A stretch of 64,000 bases of DNA. It comes from Eledone cirrhosa. Its lineage: Eukaryota. Location: the NCBI GenBank assembly GCA_964016885.1, contig OZ024758.1:11656001-11720000 (forward strand), written 5' to 3'. This document shows, one piece after another, positions 1 through 13,548 of the stretch. The notes below the pieces were generated by a model. That model had not been told where the DNA came from. It worked only from the letters and a program-made list of their open reading frames with translations, and made no database searches. Position 1 is the first letter of the stretch; every line of letters begins with the position of its first letter. The translations under genes were made by a program, and so were the position numbers.

Positions 1-169
1 GCATACAAGCATATATACACATTTAATGATATATATATATATATTTATATATATATATATACATCTATGAATGTATATATGTATACATACATCTATGTAT
101 GTATATATGTATACATACATCTATGTATGTATATATGTATATATACATCTATGTATGTATATATACATT

Positions 170-299
<130 letters not shown>

Positions 300-462
300 C
301 ATCTATGGTTGTATACAAAAGGATTGATATATTTGCTTAAAAAAGAAAAGAAATATGAAAAAGCTGTGGGCAATGATTCTTAAAGCGTGACAGCATCTCA
401 TTCTAAATTCATGCGAAGAACACAACACATATGATCAACACTTTCGACACCTACAGCACCTC

Positions 463-650
463 TACTGAGTAACAGCAGCAACAGTAGTAGTAGTAGTAGT
501 AGCAGTGGTAATAGCAGTAGTAGTAGCGGTAGTAGTAATACTTGTAGTAGTAGTTGCAGTAGTAGTAGCAGTAGTTGCAGTAGTAGTAGTAGTAGTAGTA
601 GTAGCATTAGCAGAAGTAGCAGTAACGGTAGCAGTAGTAGTAGTAATAGC

Positions 651-681
<31 letters not shown>

Positions 682-798
682 ACAGTAACAGTAGCAGTAG
701 TAGTAGTAATAGCAGTAGTAGCAGCAGCAGCAGTAGTAGTAGTAGTAATAGTAGTAGTTGTAATAGCAGTAGCAGCAGTAGCAGTAGTATTAGTAGTG

Positions 799-849
<51 letters not shown>

Positions 850-875
850 TTAATAGCAGTAGTAGCAGCAGCAGC

Positions 876-939
<64 letters not shown>

Positions 940-1002
940 ATAGTAGTAGTAGTAGTAGTAGTAGTAGAAGCAATAGTAGTAGCAGAAGCAGTAGTAGTAG
1001 TA
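463..1002. repeat. (TAG)n/(CAG)n trinucleotide microsatellite
   Basis: Direct agtagt/agcagc repeats; the source of the poly-Leu and poly-Val ORFs. Confidence 0.95.
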
Positions 1003-1498
1003 GATGAAAAAGACGGGTTGATGCCATAGCCGGAAACATAAGTGATATTAAATTGTGATGAAGGATATGATAATGATATTTATGAATAGCATAACAAATG
1101 GCAACTTTTGGGATTACCAAAAAACAAGATGAAAGTAAACATGGAGGAATACGGTCTCTTTCAGCTAATTATGACGTTATTTAGAAAGCAACAGATAATT
1201 TCTTTTGCAAATGAGATTGTAAATTCGTTTTTATTTTTCAAGCATGTAATTACATATGCGTGTCAAAGGTTTGATGCAAGTACGGGGCAAATATTACAAT
1301 TTTATCTGTAAATAATCGCACACCCCAGCTATCAAATGTGGTTTAATGCAAATGCAAGAAAATCCGTGGAATGTCAAATTAGACTCTTTCCTCCAAACAT
1401 TTATATAAACAAACAAACGGTATTGTGATAAATGTAACCGAACTATCTGATTTGAAACATCTCATATTACAAAAGAAGTCATTTAAAATTGTTCTAAT

Positions 1499-1674
1499 AT
1501 TGTTTCTACTTTTGGCACAAAGCCAGCAATTAACCAGTGCATTACTGGTACTTTATTTTATCGACCCCGTAAGGATGAAAGGCAAAGTTAACCTCGGCGG
1601 GATTTGAACTCAGATCATACAGAGAGGTAACTCTATGCTTCAAAGCATGGCGTCCGACCCTCTACCGATACTGC
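1499..1674 (-). mobile_element. tRNA-derived SINE (main family of the window)
   Basis: Reverse complement has B-box GAGTTCAAATCC, body TTGCCTTTCATCCTTACGGGGTCGATAAAATAAAGTACCAG (Meta-domain-like, recognised from memory) and 3' end AAGTAGAAACAAT; about 20 copies in the window. Confidence 0.85.
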
Positions 1675-2613
1675 AGACAGAAAGAATGGTCAGTAAATCT
1701 TGCTGTAAATAAAACAGTAACAATCTAGCAGAAATTAATACTTCAATAAGAACTGAGCAGCGAAAACGTGTGGACACGTTACATGTAACCAAGAATGATA
1801 TATTTGAACAGTATCATGAACTTAATTTGGGTGACAGTCCATATAAAAACAATATAATCAAAGAATACTCTAAATAGCGCTCTAAATGAAAGGTAGAGAT
1901 AGTAAATGAAATAGAAGATAGTTATTATAAGGTAACACAGTCTAAAGGTATGAAAACAACCCAAGAAACTATAAACGTTGTTGACCTTTCTAAAAAAAAC
2001 TAAAGTCGCGCAATCGGGAAACTATAAAAAGTCTAAATCAGAATGAGCAGCCATTTTAAAATATATAATTTTATACTACTGATCATTGTAAGTATAAGAA
2101 ATCATTTCATACGACATCACCAAGACTTAAGAGAAACCCTATAGTGACGATTTGGAGATACACAATTTGGAATATTTAATTCCAACTGCACCAGCTCAAC
2201 TCACAGCCACAGCTGAAAAGGTAAGATAAAAATCTACAACATATAAATGGCAAATGCTGAATAGATTAATTTCACAAATCCAAAATCGGTTTATCTTAGC
2301 TTAAATGGGAATGGCTCAATCGCTGTAAAAGATGCTATTACAGAGGATCAGGCTGCATGTTCTTAGAGATCTGTATAAGAAATAAATGACGAGATGAACA
2401 TGCAGGTTCAACAGTGAGATTAACTAGAGCAGGGGCTACTGTCAATATACGTAATAAAACAATATGAAATAAACAGTGTATTGCCGGAAACATCTCTACC
2501 GAATGTGGCAGAAAATATCCAGGCTGAATAATCTACTATATACAGTATATATATACACATACATACATACATACATACATACATACATACATACATACAT
2601 ACATACATACATA

Positions 2614-3110
2614 CATGGTGGCCGCCAACTCGTTTTCGAGTACGACCACTACTTTATATCCATGTAGGAGAACCCCTACCGATGCGCTGAACGAGTGTGA
2701 CTTTTTAGTCCAGCCAGCGACTTGAAAACTCTGGTACAAACACTACACTTGTGACAATTATTGACACAGTGCTGGGCCCATGGTACCATGTGATGACAAG
2801 TGCAGAGAGATCTCCAGATATAAAGCAATGCATGTGCCGTGAAGCTTTTATAGTGAGCAAAGGCACTGCACAAAGCCAGTCCCACTCTCTTAACCAAGAT
2901 GATATTTACCAAAAAGAAGAACAAGTCAACATCATTGGATACCATCAGGGTTGCAGGTGTTATATCAGAGTTTTCCTTCTCCTAGAATTCGGCCTTGACA
3001 AAGGCTAAGGGGTCATCTCTCCAGGTGATTTTGGATGGCCATTGACTCTTAAGAGCTCCTTTACCCTTTGACAGGTTTTGTTTTTAGTCCTGCAGGATGT
3101 CCAAAGTCAC
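2614..3110 (-). mobile_element. Non-autonomous RTE-like retroelement, 5'-truncated copy
   Basis: Near-identical to 28330-28901. Ends in a C2H2 motif (CSVCTRVFKSLAGLKSHTRSAH) followed by a short 3' UTR and a (TATG)n tail; contains the RTE 5'UTR-like motif CTAGGAGAAGGAAAACTCTGA. Confidence 0.7.
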
Positions 3111-3182
3111 ATATATACATACATATATATATATATATATACATACATACATACATATATACATACATATATATATATATAT

Positions 3183-3402
3183 ATTAAAATACAAATATTA
3201 ATAAAATAGATGTTCTTTTGCTCAATTACATTTTATTATACATATTTCGGATGTACAACAGTACGTCCTCATCAGACAAAATATAATGATACATGACATA
3301 CCTAGAGATGTTAAATGGTTAAGATTTAATCAAGGTAGTCTTCCAATCTACTGTAAAACTCATTCTTTGATATACTCATTGAATCTTGTTTAACTCTTTA
3401 AT
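3183..3402. mobile_element. PLE pLTR remnant, family B, in (TA)n
   Basis: Homologous to 12830-13120 and 26052-26478; minus arm carries the HHR and is followed by the pLTR terminus in the opposite orientation. Confidence 0.7.
3229..3283 (-). ncRNA. Type I hammerhead ribozyme (family B)
   Basis: TATTTTGT-CTGATGA-GGAcGTAC tgtt GTACaTCC-GAAA-TATGT-ATA^-ATAAAATG; stems I and II pair, minimal stem III. Confidence 0.85.
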
Positions 3403-3606
3403 ATATATATATACATACACATATACATACACACACACATATATATATATATATAGGACAGTATCAACTATCAAAGCACATAACCATTCAAACATTAAAT
3501 GTAGTATATATGTGTGGGCCAAGTGTATATTTTATTTTATAAATAGAAAAGTGAGAGTGACATCAAAGTTTCTGATATGTCACTTCTTAGACAAACACAC
3601 ACACAC

Positions 3607-3679
<73 letters not shown>

Positions 3680-3692
3680 GTGTGTATGTGTG

Positions 3693-3728
<36 letters not shown>

Positions 3729-4166
3729 AATAAAGATTCAGCGAGAATCGCATTTCGGCGGGCAGGAAAAGCGAAGCGAAACACAAAAAATCAGAAATGA
3801 TACTGGCAAAGTGCTCAATAGTTAAAAACCTGAGCTAAACAATGTGTTACGAAGCCATACAAAACTGAAAATGTATATATATATATATATATATATATAA
3901 TGCTTTATTTATATAATAAGAACAAAGTGGAGGACTTACTGGACCTTTTGCATACACAGCCCCCCCCCCCCCCCCACACACACCATCCCCCCCCCACATA
4001 TATATATATACGCTCCACATACGACTTATTATCTTCGTTTTTTCGTTCATTGCCAGAGAACGTCTCTATGCACCACCTAAGAGAACATTAGTCTACGACC
4101 TCTTTTATATCATAAACGTGGTTCTGTCTTTGCGCATAATTGTTTTTCACCGCTCCGCTCCTATTA

Positions 4167-4258
4167 ATTGTTTCTACTTTAGGCACAAGGCCAGCAATCA
4201 CTCAGTGCATTACTGGTACTTTATTTTATCGACCCCGTAAGGATGAAAGGCAAAGTCA
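4167..4258 (-). mobile_element. 5'-truncated SINE with 14-bp TSD
   Basis: TSD CCGCTCCTATTAAT at 4155-4168 and 4259-4272. Confidence 0.85.
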
Positions 4259-4395
4259 CCGCTCCTATTAATGACGTATTATTCGTTTTTTCCCGTTCTT
4301 TGCCAGCGAACGTTACCACGAACCAAAGTATCGTCTTCCTCCGGTTGCAACGTTTTTTGAAATATCCAGTTCTGCGTTTACAGATTGACTTTGTT

Positions 4396-4446
4396 AGTTT
4401 CAGAAGATCCCGTTAAGGGTGAAAGCAGCGATTCTTTGCTTAAACT
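4396..4446 (+). ncRNA. Hammerhead-like motif, family D (U4A core)
   Basis: AGTTT-CAGAAGA-tCCC gttaa GGGt-GAA-AGCAG cgattct TTGCT-T^-AAACT; all three stems pair. Confidence 0.6.
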
Positions 4447-4462
4447 TTAATCTGTTATTTTA

Positions 4463-4504
<42 letters not shown>

Positions 4505-4507
<3 letters not shown>

Positions 4508-4915
4508 AAAGTTCTATTTAAATTGTTGGGATACAACAAGCAAATATTTTAATTTTTATAACTGATATAAAGCACTCAACAAATAATTGGAGTAAAAATA
4601 CGATATTAACAAATGGAAATTATATTTATAAAACCATATTTATTTAATTATACATATTTCAAGGACACCAAGTTAAATTATGGTGTGCTTTCATCAGATA
4701 AAATATAATATAGAGCAGTTTTATAAATAAATAAATCCGGGAGCTTCCAACAGTAATGGTTGCATTCTTTAAGGGTATGTCAATATTTATTTATAAAACT
4801 GCTCTATATTATATTTTATCTGATGAAAGCACAGCATAATTTAACTTGGTGTCCTTGAAATATGTATAATGAAATAAATATGGTTTTATAAATATAGTTT
4901 CCATTTGTTAATATC

Positions 4916-4918
<3 letters not shown>
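4505..4918. mobile_element. Fold-back PLE pLTR element, family A, with an HHR in each arm (4641-4705 minus, 4812-4876 plus)
   Basis: Inverted arms flanked by (TA)n; TATTTTAT-CTGATGA-AAG...CTT-GAAA-TATGTATA^-ATGAAATA. Confidence 0.85.
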
Positions 4919-4944
<26 letters not shown>

Positions 4945-4951
<7 letters not shown>

Positions 4952-5145
4952 TAAAACAACAGATTAAAGTTTAAGCAAAGAATCGCTGCTTTCACCCTTA
5001 ACGGGATCTTCTGAAAGCAACGATTCTTTGCTTAAACTTTAATCTGTTATTTTAATAAATATTTGCTCTACGGTTCTTATATATTTGATATATATTTATC
5101 CTTATCGAGCCCTCTTTGGATTTTAGTCTCCAAATTTATTATTAT

Positions 5146-5150
<5 letters not shown>
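4945..5150. mobile_element. Fold-back element, family D, in (TA)n
   Basis: Inverted arms centred on the HHR-like core; other copies at 24057-24180, 33601-33790 and 62668-62830. Confidence 0.7.
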
Positions 5151-5208
<58 letters not shown>

Positions 5209-6149
5209 AAATTTGCTAAAATTTAAAATTACAGAATCGAGGGAGAAAGTTTAGTTGTGGAAAATTTGAAGCTTCAATGTATCAACGTATATTAATTTTG
5301 ATTTTATATTTCTTTGATTTAGGTTTTAACTATATTTAAATCATATATATGTCCATATATACTAATATACCTTCCAAAATATCCTACAATTTCTAATTAT
5401 TAACTGTAAAGATTTCGCCAAGTTGCAGTCATAAATCTCAACAGATAAATTTGAAACAGCAATGGCTGTTGAGCATTAACAATGGAGAACTTACACGAAC
5501 ACATATCGTAAATACATTATTTCTTTGATAAATTAGTCAAACATTTAAGGAGGAATCCTATTACATATGCAATCCTACTATACTGATTAATGTAATTGTT
5601 TATCTACTGAAGTAAGATGTTAGCAGAGAAGGAATTATGTGTTATATCGAAGTAGATTCAACGTAATTAACACTCTTAAAACACGTAAATCCGAGTAGAA
5701 ATGTTAAAGATGTAATGAGAAGAGAAGACCAGACAAGGTTTATGGTATTTTAAGTATGAATAGCTACCATATTGATTATTTGTTGGAAAGGAAAGTCACC
5801 AGATGAGTATCTTATATTCCCAATTGAGGAAAATGTAATTAAACACTTTAAAATATCCCTTTCTCTCTTCCGAATATATAAGCGTCCATCACTACCGCTG
5901 AAATATAATGTTTTCGATTTTAGATTTATTCCGCCTTTACTTACTATTCTCATTCTAAAACATAATCAACAGGTATACATGTCTAAACTAGACGGCTTTC
6001 ACCTGCTTAGAAAGCAATGGGTTTCCTTGAATAGGATCTACATAACACATGTCTGGAACGACAGCCCATCGTTTTCATTGATGGAAAATAGAAGACAGAC
6101 CAGCAAATGATTGTGGGGTCTTGGACCAGAAAGTCCTGCATGGTGTTCG

Positions 6150-6440
6150 GGAAGAGGGGGAGGAGGAGGAGTAGGAGGAGGATGAGAGGAAGAAGAAGGA
6201 AGAGAAAGAGGAGGAGGAGGAGGAGGAGGAGAAGAAGAAGAAGAAGAAGAAGAAGAAGAAGAAGAAGAAGAAGAAGAAGGAGAAGAAGGAAGAGAAGAAG
6301 AAAAAGAATAAGGAAGAGAAGGATAAGAAGAAGGAAGAGAAGAAGAAGAAGAAGAAGAAGGAGAAGAAGGAAGAGAAGAAGAAAAAGAATAAGGAAGAGA
6401 AGGATAAGAAGAAGGAAGAGAAGAACAAGAAAAAGAAGAC
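6150..6440. repeat. (GAA)/(GGA) purine tract with an approximately 81-bp internal duplication
   Basis: AAAAAGAATAAGGAAGAGAAGGATAAG recurs at 6301 and 6382. Confidence 0.85.
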
Positions 6441-7011
6441 CTTGTATTTTTCTTACACATCTCCAAGTCTTAAAAGTACCTTAAAGTGCATCACACCTTT
6501 ATAAGGTCACCTGGTGTACTCCTCTCAGCTCAACGATTCCCAATAACCTAACCATACAGAAAGCCAAGAAAAAATGAGGCTGAATCGATTACAAACCAGT
6601 GATGACATTTCCCTTAATCGATTAATAAATGAATTGTACTTGATTTTTTGTGTCAACAATTACTAATACTCTTTTATTCCTAATTAAACCATTTTTCAAC
6701 TGTGAACAATTTGTCAGCATTTTCTATTCCGTTTACCAATATATATATATATATAGTGTTTTATCAAACACTGTCATTATTTCATTGACCATAATTACCC
6801 CTCCCTCCTAATATTCTCTATAAAAACCAAACAGGTCCTCAGTAATATTATTCTGATGAAATGACAGTAAATAATAATATTGAAATATTGAATGTCTGCA
6901 TAACTAATACTTTGTAGATATCAGCTGTTTTCAGGTTATGTAACTGTTATAGAAACACGTGTCAATAAATTCCTTTCAACTAAACTGTATCCATTCAAAT
7001 CTCTCTCTCTC

Positions 7012-7440
<429 letters not shown>

Positions 7441-7611
7441 AAATGCTATTGTTAAATAATAAATAAATCAACTAATACCTTAACACTTCACACAAAGTAA
7501 AACATTTCGTTTTAATCATTTTCTAACCCAGAAGAGAGAGAGAGAGAGAGAGAGACAAAATAAAGGAAAAAAAAATATTTTTCTTCCTCATAATCGTCTC
7601 TTTCTCCGTAT

Positions 7612-7657
<46 letters not shown>

Positions 7658-8412
7658 TCTCTACTCTCGTCATTTATCATTCATCGACTACAGACAAAAC
7701 CATAATGGGGGAACAATAACCAACATTACAACTTGCTACATAACACCTCCATCTTGTCACAGAAGTTTATTTATTCATTTGTTGTAACCTCCACTCACTT
7801 TCTTGATATTATTCACACTATCAATATCTCTTAGTCATTTTCCATCGTCGTTTCTCAGCCTCATGCCACTCGTAAATTGTGGTCTTCCACTAATGTTGGA
7901 ACATTGCATTTAATTATAATAAAACGAGAAAGCGAAACAATTTATTTTTAAGAGCTACAGGGTGCAATAATATACAGAAAGCTACTTCTGGTAAAGTGGT
8001 TCTGCTTAAGAATACGTTATTCGAAAGCAGAAAGAAAATTGCAGTATATTGGATTGTGCTCTGTGTTCACTGGAATCATACAACGACATAACAGAAATAC
8101 AAATTCATACATTATATAGATTGATCATAGACATTAACAATTTCGTCTTTGCAGAAATGTTGATCGTGTTTCTAGTGTCATCTACTTTGAAATTATGCCA
8201 GAAAAATTATCAAAGCACTGTCATTATTTCATTGACCATAATTACAAACTAGATTACAATTATTAACAAAAATCGCATAATTATCACGATCAGACTGAGG
8301 GATGTTTACAGACATTATCACACGAATATAGAAACTCTCTCCCACAAACAAATACATTCACATACACACACACAAATGCATACACAGACACGCACACACA
8401 ACACACACACAG

Positions 8413-8507
<95 letters not shown>

Positions 8508-8562
8508 AGCTTGACAATATAAACATCTTCCTCATTACACTTTTCATTTTCTATATACATGA

Positions 8563-8627
<65 letters not shown>

Positions 8628-8644
8628 TTTATATATATATATAT

Positions 8645-8842
8645 AACGAAGGAAATGTGGTAAGGATCCAGATGGACCATAACGCACCAAAGTACTCAAT
8701 ACTTAGGGTAGTAGAGTGGGTAATAGGAACGAGTAGGACCCCGACGGCTGAGCTCAAGCCGTTTCGACGGCTAATTCTGGACGTCCAGAATTAGCCGTCG
8801 AAACTGCTTGAGCTCAGCCGTCGGGGTCCTACTCGTTCCTAT
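8645..8842. mobile_element. Fold-back PLE pLTR, family C
   Basis: Arms meet at TTCTGGAC|GTCCAGAA; same sequence as the 3' end of the ORF-bearing copy at 25890-26035. Confidence 0.8.
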
Positions 8843-10104
8843 ATATATATATATGTGTGTGTGTGTCTGTGTGTGTGCATGTATGTATGTGTTTGTGTAT
8901 TTTTTGTATGCAAGTATGCATGTTCACGTGCCTCTGTGTGTATAAACGAACGGGACCAAGTCGAAATTGTTTAATATTCTTTGAATTATGCAAAGTCAGT
9001 AACATAGAAAATGTCGATAGCTCAGCTATCATGCCAACAGTAGAAATATCTGCCACATAATTTCAGCTGATATGATCTGATTGATTCCCACTTGTACATT
9101 CTTTGTAGAATGCGGAAAAAAATTGTTTCTTTGATGCCAAGAAACCTTTTGTATATGTTTGTTATTCTTACTGACATCATATAATATTTCCATCTCTTTA
9201 AGATCTGTCATTAGATTGAGAAATGGTTTCCGTCATTGTTAGAGAATTATTTTCAAGTGAACTGATATCAGTTAAATGGAAAGTGTTCTCAATTTGTAAG
9301 ACCTGCTTCTCAATATGAAATACTTGTAAATTGGCATATTTGCAATTTCTTGTGTGGATTAACTCTAAATGTTAGGATATTTATGATACCCGAACACACG
9401 AGGGAGATGCAACGCATTGCAAATCTTCAAATTCCATCACATCATTTTTAAATAAGCAAACGGCATTCATTTAACAGTTTTGCTCATACATATACAATTA
9501 AACATTTGTCGAGCTTAACACATTCTAGATCCCAGGATCAAAAAGGGAAGCAACAGCTATCACATCTTCTGTTGTAAAACTGAAACGACACATTTGATAA
9601 TATAGAGTTTTAAACACATGTCTCGGAAATAATTTGATGATCATGGTTAGAAGCTCCATACTAATAGCATTGCAGTTTGAAGACTAATGAGGAGATTCAA
9701 GCACCAACAACAACAAAAACAACACAAAGAACATAGAAACAGTCAGAAATTTTTTTAAACAAAATAATTTCTGAAGATTTCCACCGAAATAATCAAGAAA
9801 TTAACATGGAATAAGATAACCTTAATTACATAACTGGACCTAATTAACTTGAATTAATCCACATTTCATTAAGCAACGTGTCGAAGCATTGCATGCAACA
9901 ATTACCTCCTAATATATGCCATGTAAATATCTGTATCATTAGAGATAATTCTTAAGATAATATCTGCTTCCCTCTCTCTTATTATGAAAAAATATATAAA
10001 CTAGTTACATTGTCGTAATTAGTTAATCCACTGGTTAATCAAGCCTACGACCAGCTAATTAGTAGCTTCGCATTATAGGAAATATGTCCTGCTGCTTGTC
10101 TCCC

Positions 10105-10140
<36 letters not shown>

Positions 10141-10335
10141 TATATATATATATACTGAGGTAATAAAAATCAATTATTCAGAGCATAATACAGGTTAATC
10201 AGTGGAATTTGAGATGTTCACAGCTCATGCTGAGTTATACTCAATGAGACTACAGTAGCGTAAATATTTATATATTGAAGTCGTGTATATATATACACAG
10301 TTGAAAATTGCAAACTCGACTGTCACCACATATTA

Positions 10336-10374
10336 TGAACCTGAAGATTGCGAAAGCATGAGAGTACTTGTTCA
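10336..10374 (+). ncRNA. Minimal type I hammerhead-like motif (GAAA changed to GAGA)
   Basis: TGAAC-CTGAAGA-tTGC gaaa GCAt-GAG-AGTACT-T^-GTTCA; perfect stem I and palindromic stem III. Confidence 0.6.
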
Positions 10375-10530
10375 ATTAACACTTAGAATTTAATATTCTA
10401 TCATACTATTTCATTATAATACCATTATATATTTTAAAGGATTGTAAATAAAACGAGTAAATCAGACAAAGTTGGAATTCCTCTTATTAATATAATCTTC
10501 TATACACAATCATACACACCCGTGTATATT

Positions 10531-10669
<139 letters not shown>

Positions 10670-10805
10670 TTACATACATATACGGCTTCAATTGTGATAA
10701 GTAATCGATTATTTACGGTCTGTGATATCTATGTGATATTCTAGTTGAAATCAATTGCCGTTGTTGTCACAGCATCATTAATTAGTAGGGCAGATATAAT
10801 CAGAT

Positions 10806-11205
10806 GAAATAGCGATGTATACATGAATGTATGTATAGTATATTTGGCAATATACCGTATGTTTAATTAAAATCATTTTGAAAACCTTTCGCAATCCTAA
10901 TTTTTAATTGTTGCTGGACCGGCAATCGCTCTGTATAATCAGTTCCTGGTTATTACTGGAATTCTATAAGAATCCAGCCTCTATAATTTTCGGCAAAGAC
11001 CGGGAGTACGATGCTCTGTAGATCGCCAACAGCGTGAAACAGAATCTGTCAGCTTCTCTCCCTTCTTTTTGCCGAAAAAAGAAGTAAGTGACATAGTCAC
11101 TACTTTAAAAATGATAGCGCAAGGTCTTCAAAAATGTTTTTAATTAAACATACGGTATATCACCATATATATTATACATACATTCATGTATACATCGCTA
11201 TTTCA
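10806..11205. mobile_element. MITE-like element with approximately 90-bp imperfect inverted ends
   Basis: TGAAATAGCGATGTATACATGAATGTATGTATA... at the left end is the reverse complement of 11113-11205. Confidence 0.45.
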
Positions 11206-11216
11206 GAGCACCAATC

Positions 11217-11256
<40 letters not shown>

Positions 11257-11338
11257 GATATATATATATGTATTTTCAAATACAAGTCGATGTTGTACGG
11301 TATGTCAAATCTATTTATCTATAAAACTGTTTATATTG

Positions 11339-11404
11339 TATTTTGTCTGAGGAAGGCATAGCATATTGTTAATATGATATCCCTGAAATATATATAATGA
11401 AATA
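11339..11404 (+). ncRNA. Type I hammerhead (family A2) in pLTR fragment 11270-11447
   Basis: TATTTTGT-CTGAGGA-AGG..CATATT gtt AATATG..CCT-GAAA-TATATATA^-ATGAAATA. Confidence 0.8.
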
Positions 11405-11573
11405 AATATGGTTTTATAAATATAGTTTCCATTTATTTAATATCGTATATATATATATATTAGGATATATATATTAGGATATATATATATGTATATATAT
11501 ATATTTCGTTTCTGAATTTGTTTAGCAAGATTCTTTATCTGAAATTATTGGCAACATGACCCTCCCAAAGTAT

Positions 11574-11629
<56 letters not shown>

Positions 11630-11630
<1 letters not shown>

Positions 11631-11893
11631 GGGTTCTGAATTAGGCACAAGGCCAACATTTTGGGGGGAGGGAAAGTCGATGAAATTGACCCCAGTGCAT
11701 TACTGGTACTTTAATAAAGTCTTTAGTGTATCGATCCCTTGAGGATGAAAGGTAAATCTAACATCGACGGGATTTGAAGTCAGAAGGTAAAGTTAATAAT
11801 TGTTTCTACTTTTGGCACAAGGCCAGCAATTAACCAGTACATTACTGGTACTTTATTTTATCGACCCCGTAAGGATGAAAGGCAAAGTTGACC
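11630..11893 (-). mobile_element. Two adjacent SINE fragments
   Basis: GGCACAAGGCCA...GGATGAAAGG occurs twice. Confidence 0.75.
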
Positions 11894-12056
11894 AGTAGTA
11901 GTTCAGTAGTAGCAGCAGTAGTAGTCGTAGTAGCAGCAGCAGCAGCAGCAGTAATAGTAGTAGTAGTAGTAGTTGTAGTAATGTTATTATTTTTATTATT
12001 ATTATTATTATTATTATTAGTAGTAGTAGTAGTAGTAGTAATTGTTGTAGTAGTAC

Positions 12057-12090
<34 letters not shown>

Positions 12091-12306
12091 TGTTGTAGTA
12101 GTAGTAGTAGTAGTAACTTGAAATGGCTCGCTTTAGAAATAATTAGGAGACAGTGAGGTTCTGTCAAAAGCAATGGAATTAGTATATTGGTCTTGATGGA
12201 ACTGTTGATGTCTGCATTGTAGTTGACATTGCAGTGGTGGTGAAACTGACAGCAGTAATATTGATTGACATAAAATACATCTAAATTGGAAACACATACA
12301 TACACC

Positions 12307-12386
<80 letters not shown>

Positions 12387-12390
<4 letters not shown>

Positions 12391-12578
12391 AACGAGTAGG
12401 ACCCCGACGGCTGAGCTCAAGCCGTTTCGACGGCTAATTCTGGACAGAATTAGCCGTCGAAACGGCTTGAGCTCAGCCGTCGGGGTCCTACTCGTTCCTA
12501 TTACCCACTCTACTACCCTAAGTATTGAGTACTTTGGTGAGTTATGGTCCACCTGGTTCCTTACCACATTTCCTTCGT

Positions 12579-12580
<2 letters not shown>
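12387..12580. mobile_element. Fold-back PLE pLTR, family C
   Basis: Short inverted arm plus long arm, flanked by (TA)n. Confidence 0.8.
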
Positions 12581-12619
<39 letters not shown>

Positions 12620-12620
<1 letters not shown>

Positions 12621-12822
12621 AGTTTTAATATAGATGAGATTCTACAGGACTAGAACTGTTTCATTCTTGACAAATCATGAGGAAATCTCTGATGATTTTT
12701 CAAGAATGAAACAGTTCTAGTCCTGTAGAATCTCATCTATATTAAAACTGTTATACTCTGCTATGTATTGAGTACCTTACTTACTGTGGTTACCTGCGAT
12801 TCAACCGGGAATAACTTACCTA
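12620..12822. mobile_element. Fold-back pLTR, family E, with HHR motif
   Basis: Homologous to 33380-33552 and 42512-42715; CTGATGA...GAAACAG ttctagtc CTGTA. Confidence 0.75.
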
Positions 12823-12911
12823 TATATATATATTCGCATTTTCTCATAATTGGGCTATATATGTAAAATCTTCTCTTGGGTTAATCACTACCTTGATTAA
12901 ATCTTAACCAT

Positions 12912-13075
12912 TTAACATCTCAGGGTATGTCATGTATCATTATATTTTGTCTGACGAGGACGTACTGTTGTACATCCGAAATATGTATATTAACATCTCA
13001 GGGTATGTCATGTATCATTATATTTTGTCTGACGAGGACGTACTGTTGTACATCCGAAATATGTATAATAAAATG
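12912..13075 (+). ncRNA. Tandem pair of family-B hammerheads (78-bp duplication)
   Basis: CTGACGAGGACGTACTGTTGTACATCCGAAATATGTATA at 12951 and 13029. Confidence 0.85.
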
Positions 13076-13136
13076 TAATTGATCAAAAGAACATCTATTT
13101 TATTAATATTTATATTTTAATATATATATATATATA

Positions 13137-13375
13137 TAACGGAGGAAATGTGGTAAGGAACCAGGTGGACCAAAACGCACCAAAGTACTCAATACTTAGG
13201 GTAGTAGAGTGGGTAATAGAAACGAGTAGAACCCCGACGGCTGAGCTCAAGCCGTTTCGACGGCTAATTCTGGACTCCAGGTGGACCAAAACGCACCAAA
13301 GTACTCAAGACTTATAGTCCAGAATTAGCCGTCGAAACGGCTTGAGCTCAGCCGTCGGGGTCCTACTCGTTTCTA
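13137..13375. mobile_element. Fold-back PLE pLTR, family C, with an approximately 33-bp internal duplication at the junction
   Basis: CCAGGTGGACCAAAACGCACCAAAGTACTCAA at about 13161 and 13277. Confidence 0.8.
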
Positions 13376-13424
13376 TATACATATATATGTATATATATAT
13401 ATAAACATGTATATGAATGTATAC

Positions 13425-13469
<45 letters not shown>

Positions 13470-13474
13470 CACAT

Positions 13475-13548
<74 letters not shown>

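Noticed and set aside
2676-2945. Host C2H2 zinc-finger gene
   Set aside because: A single finger inside a two-copy tailed retroelement; the second copy is frameshifted
8645-8782. HDV-like ribozyme in the family C antisense arm (GCCGT TTCG ACGGC TAA)
   Set aside because: No P1/P3/P1.1 arrangement could be built; the opposite strand fits a hammerhead 3' half well
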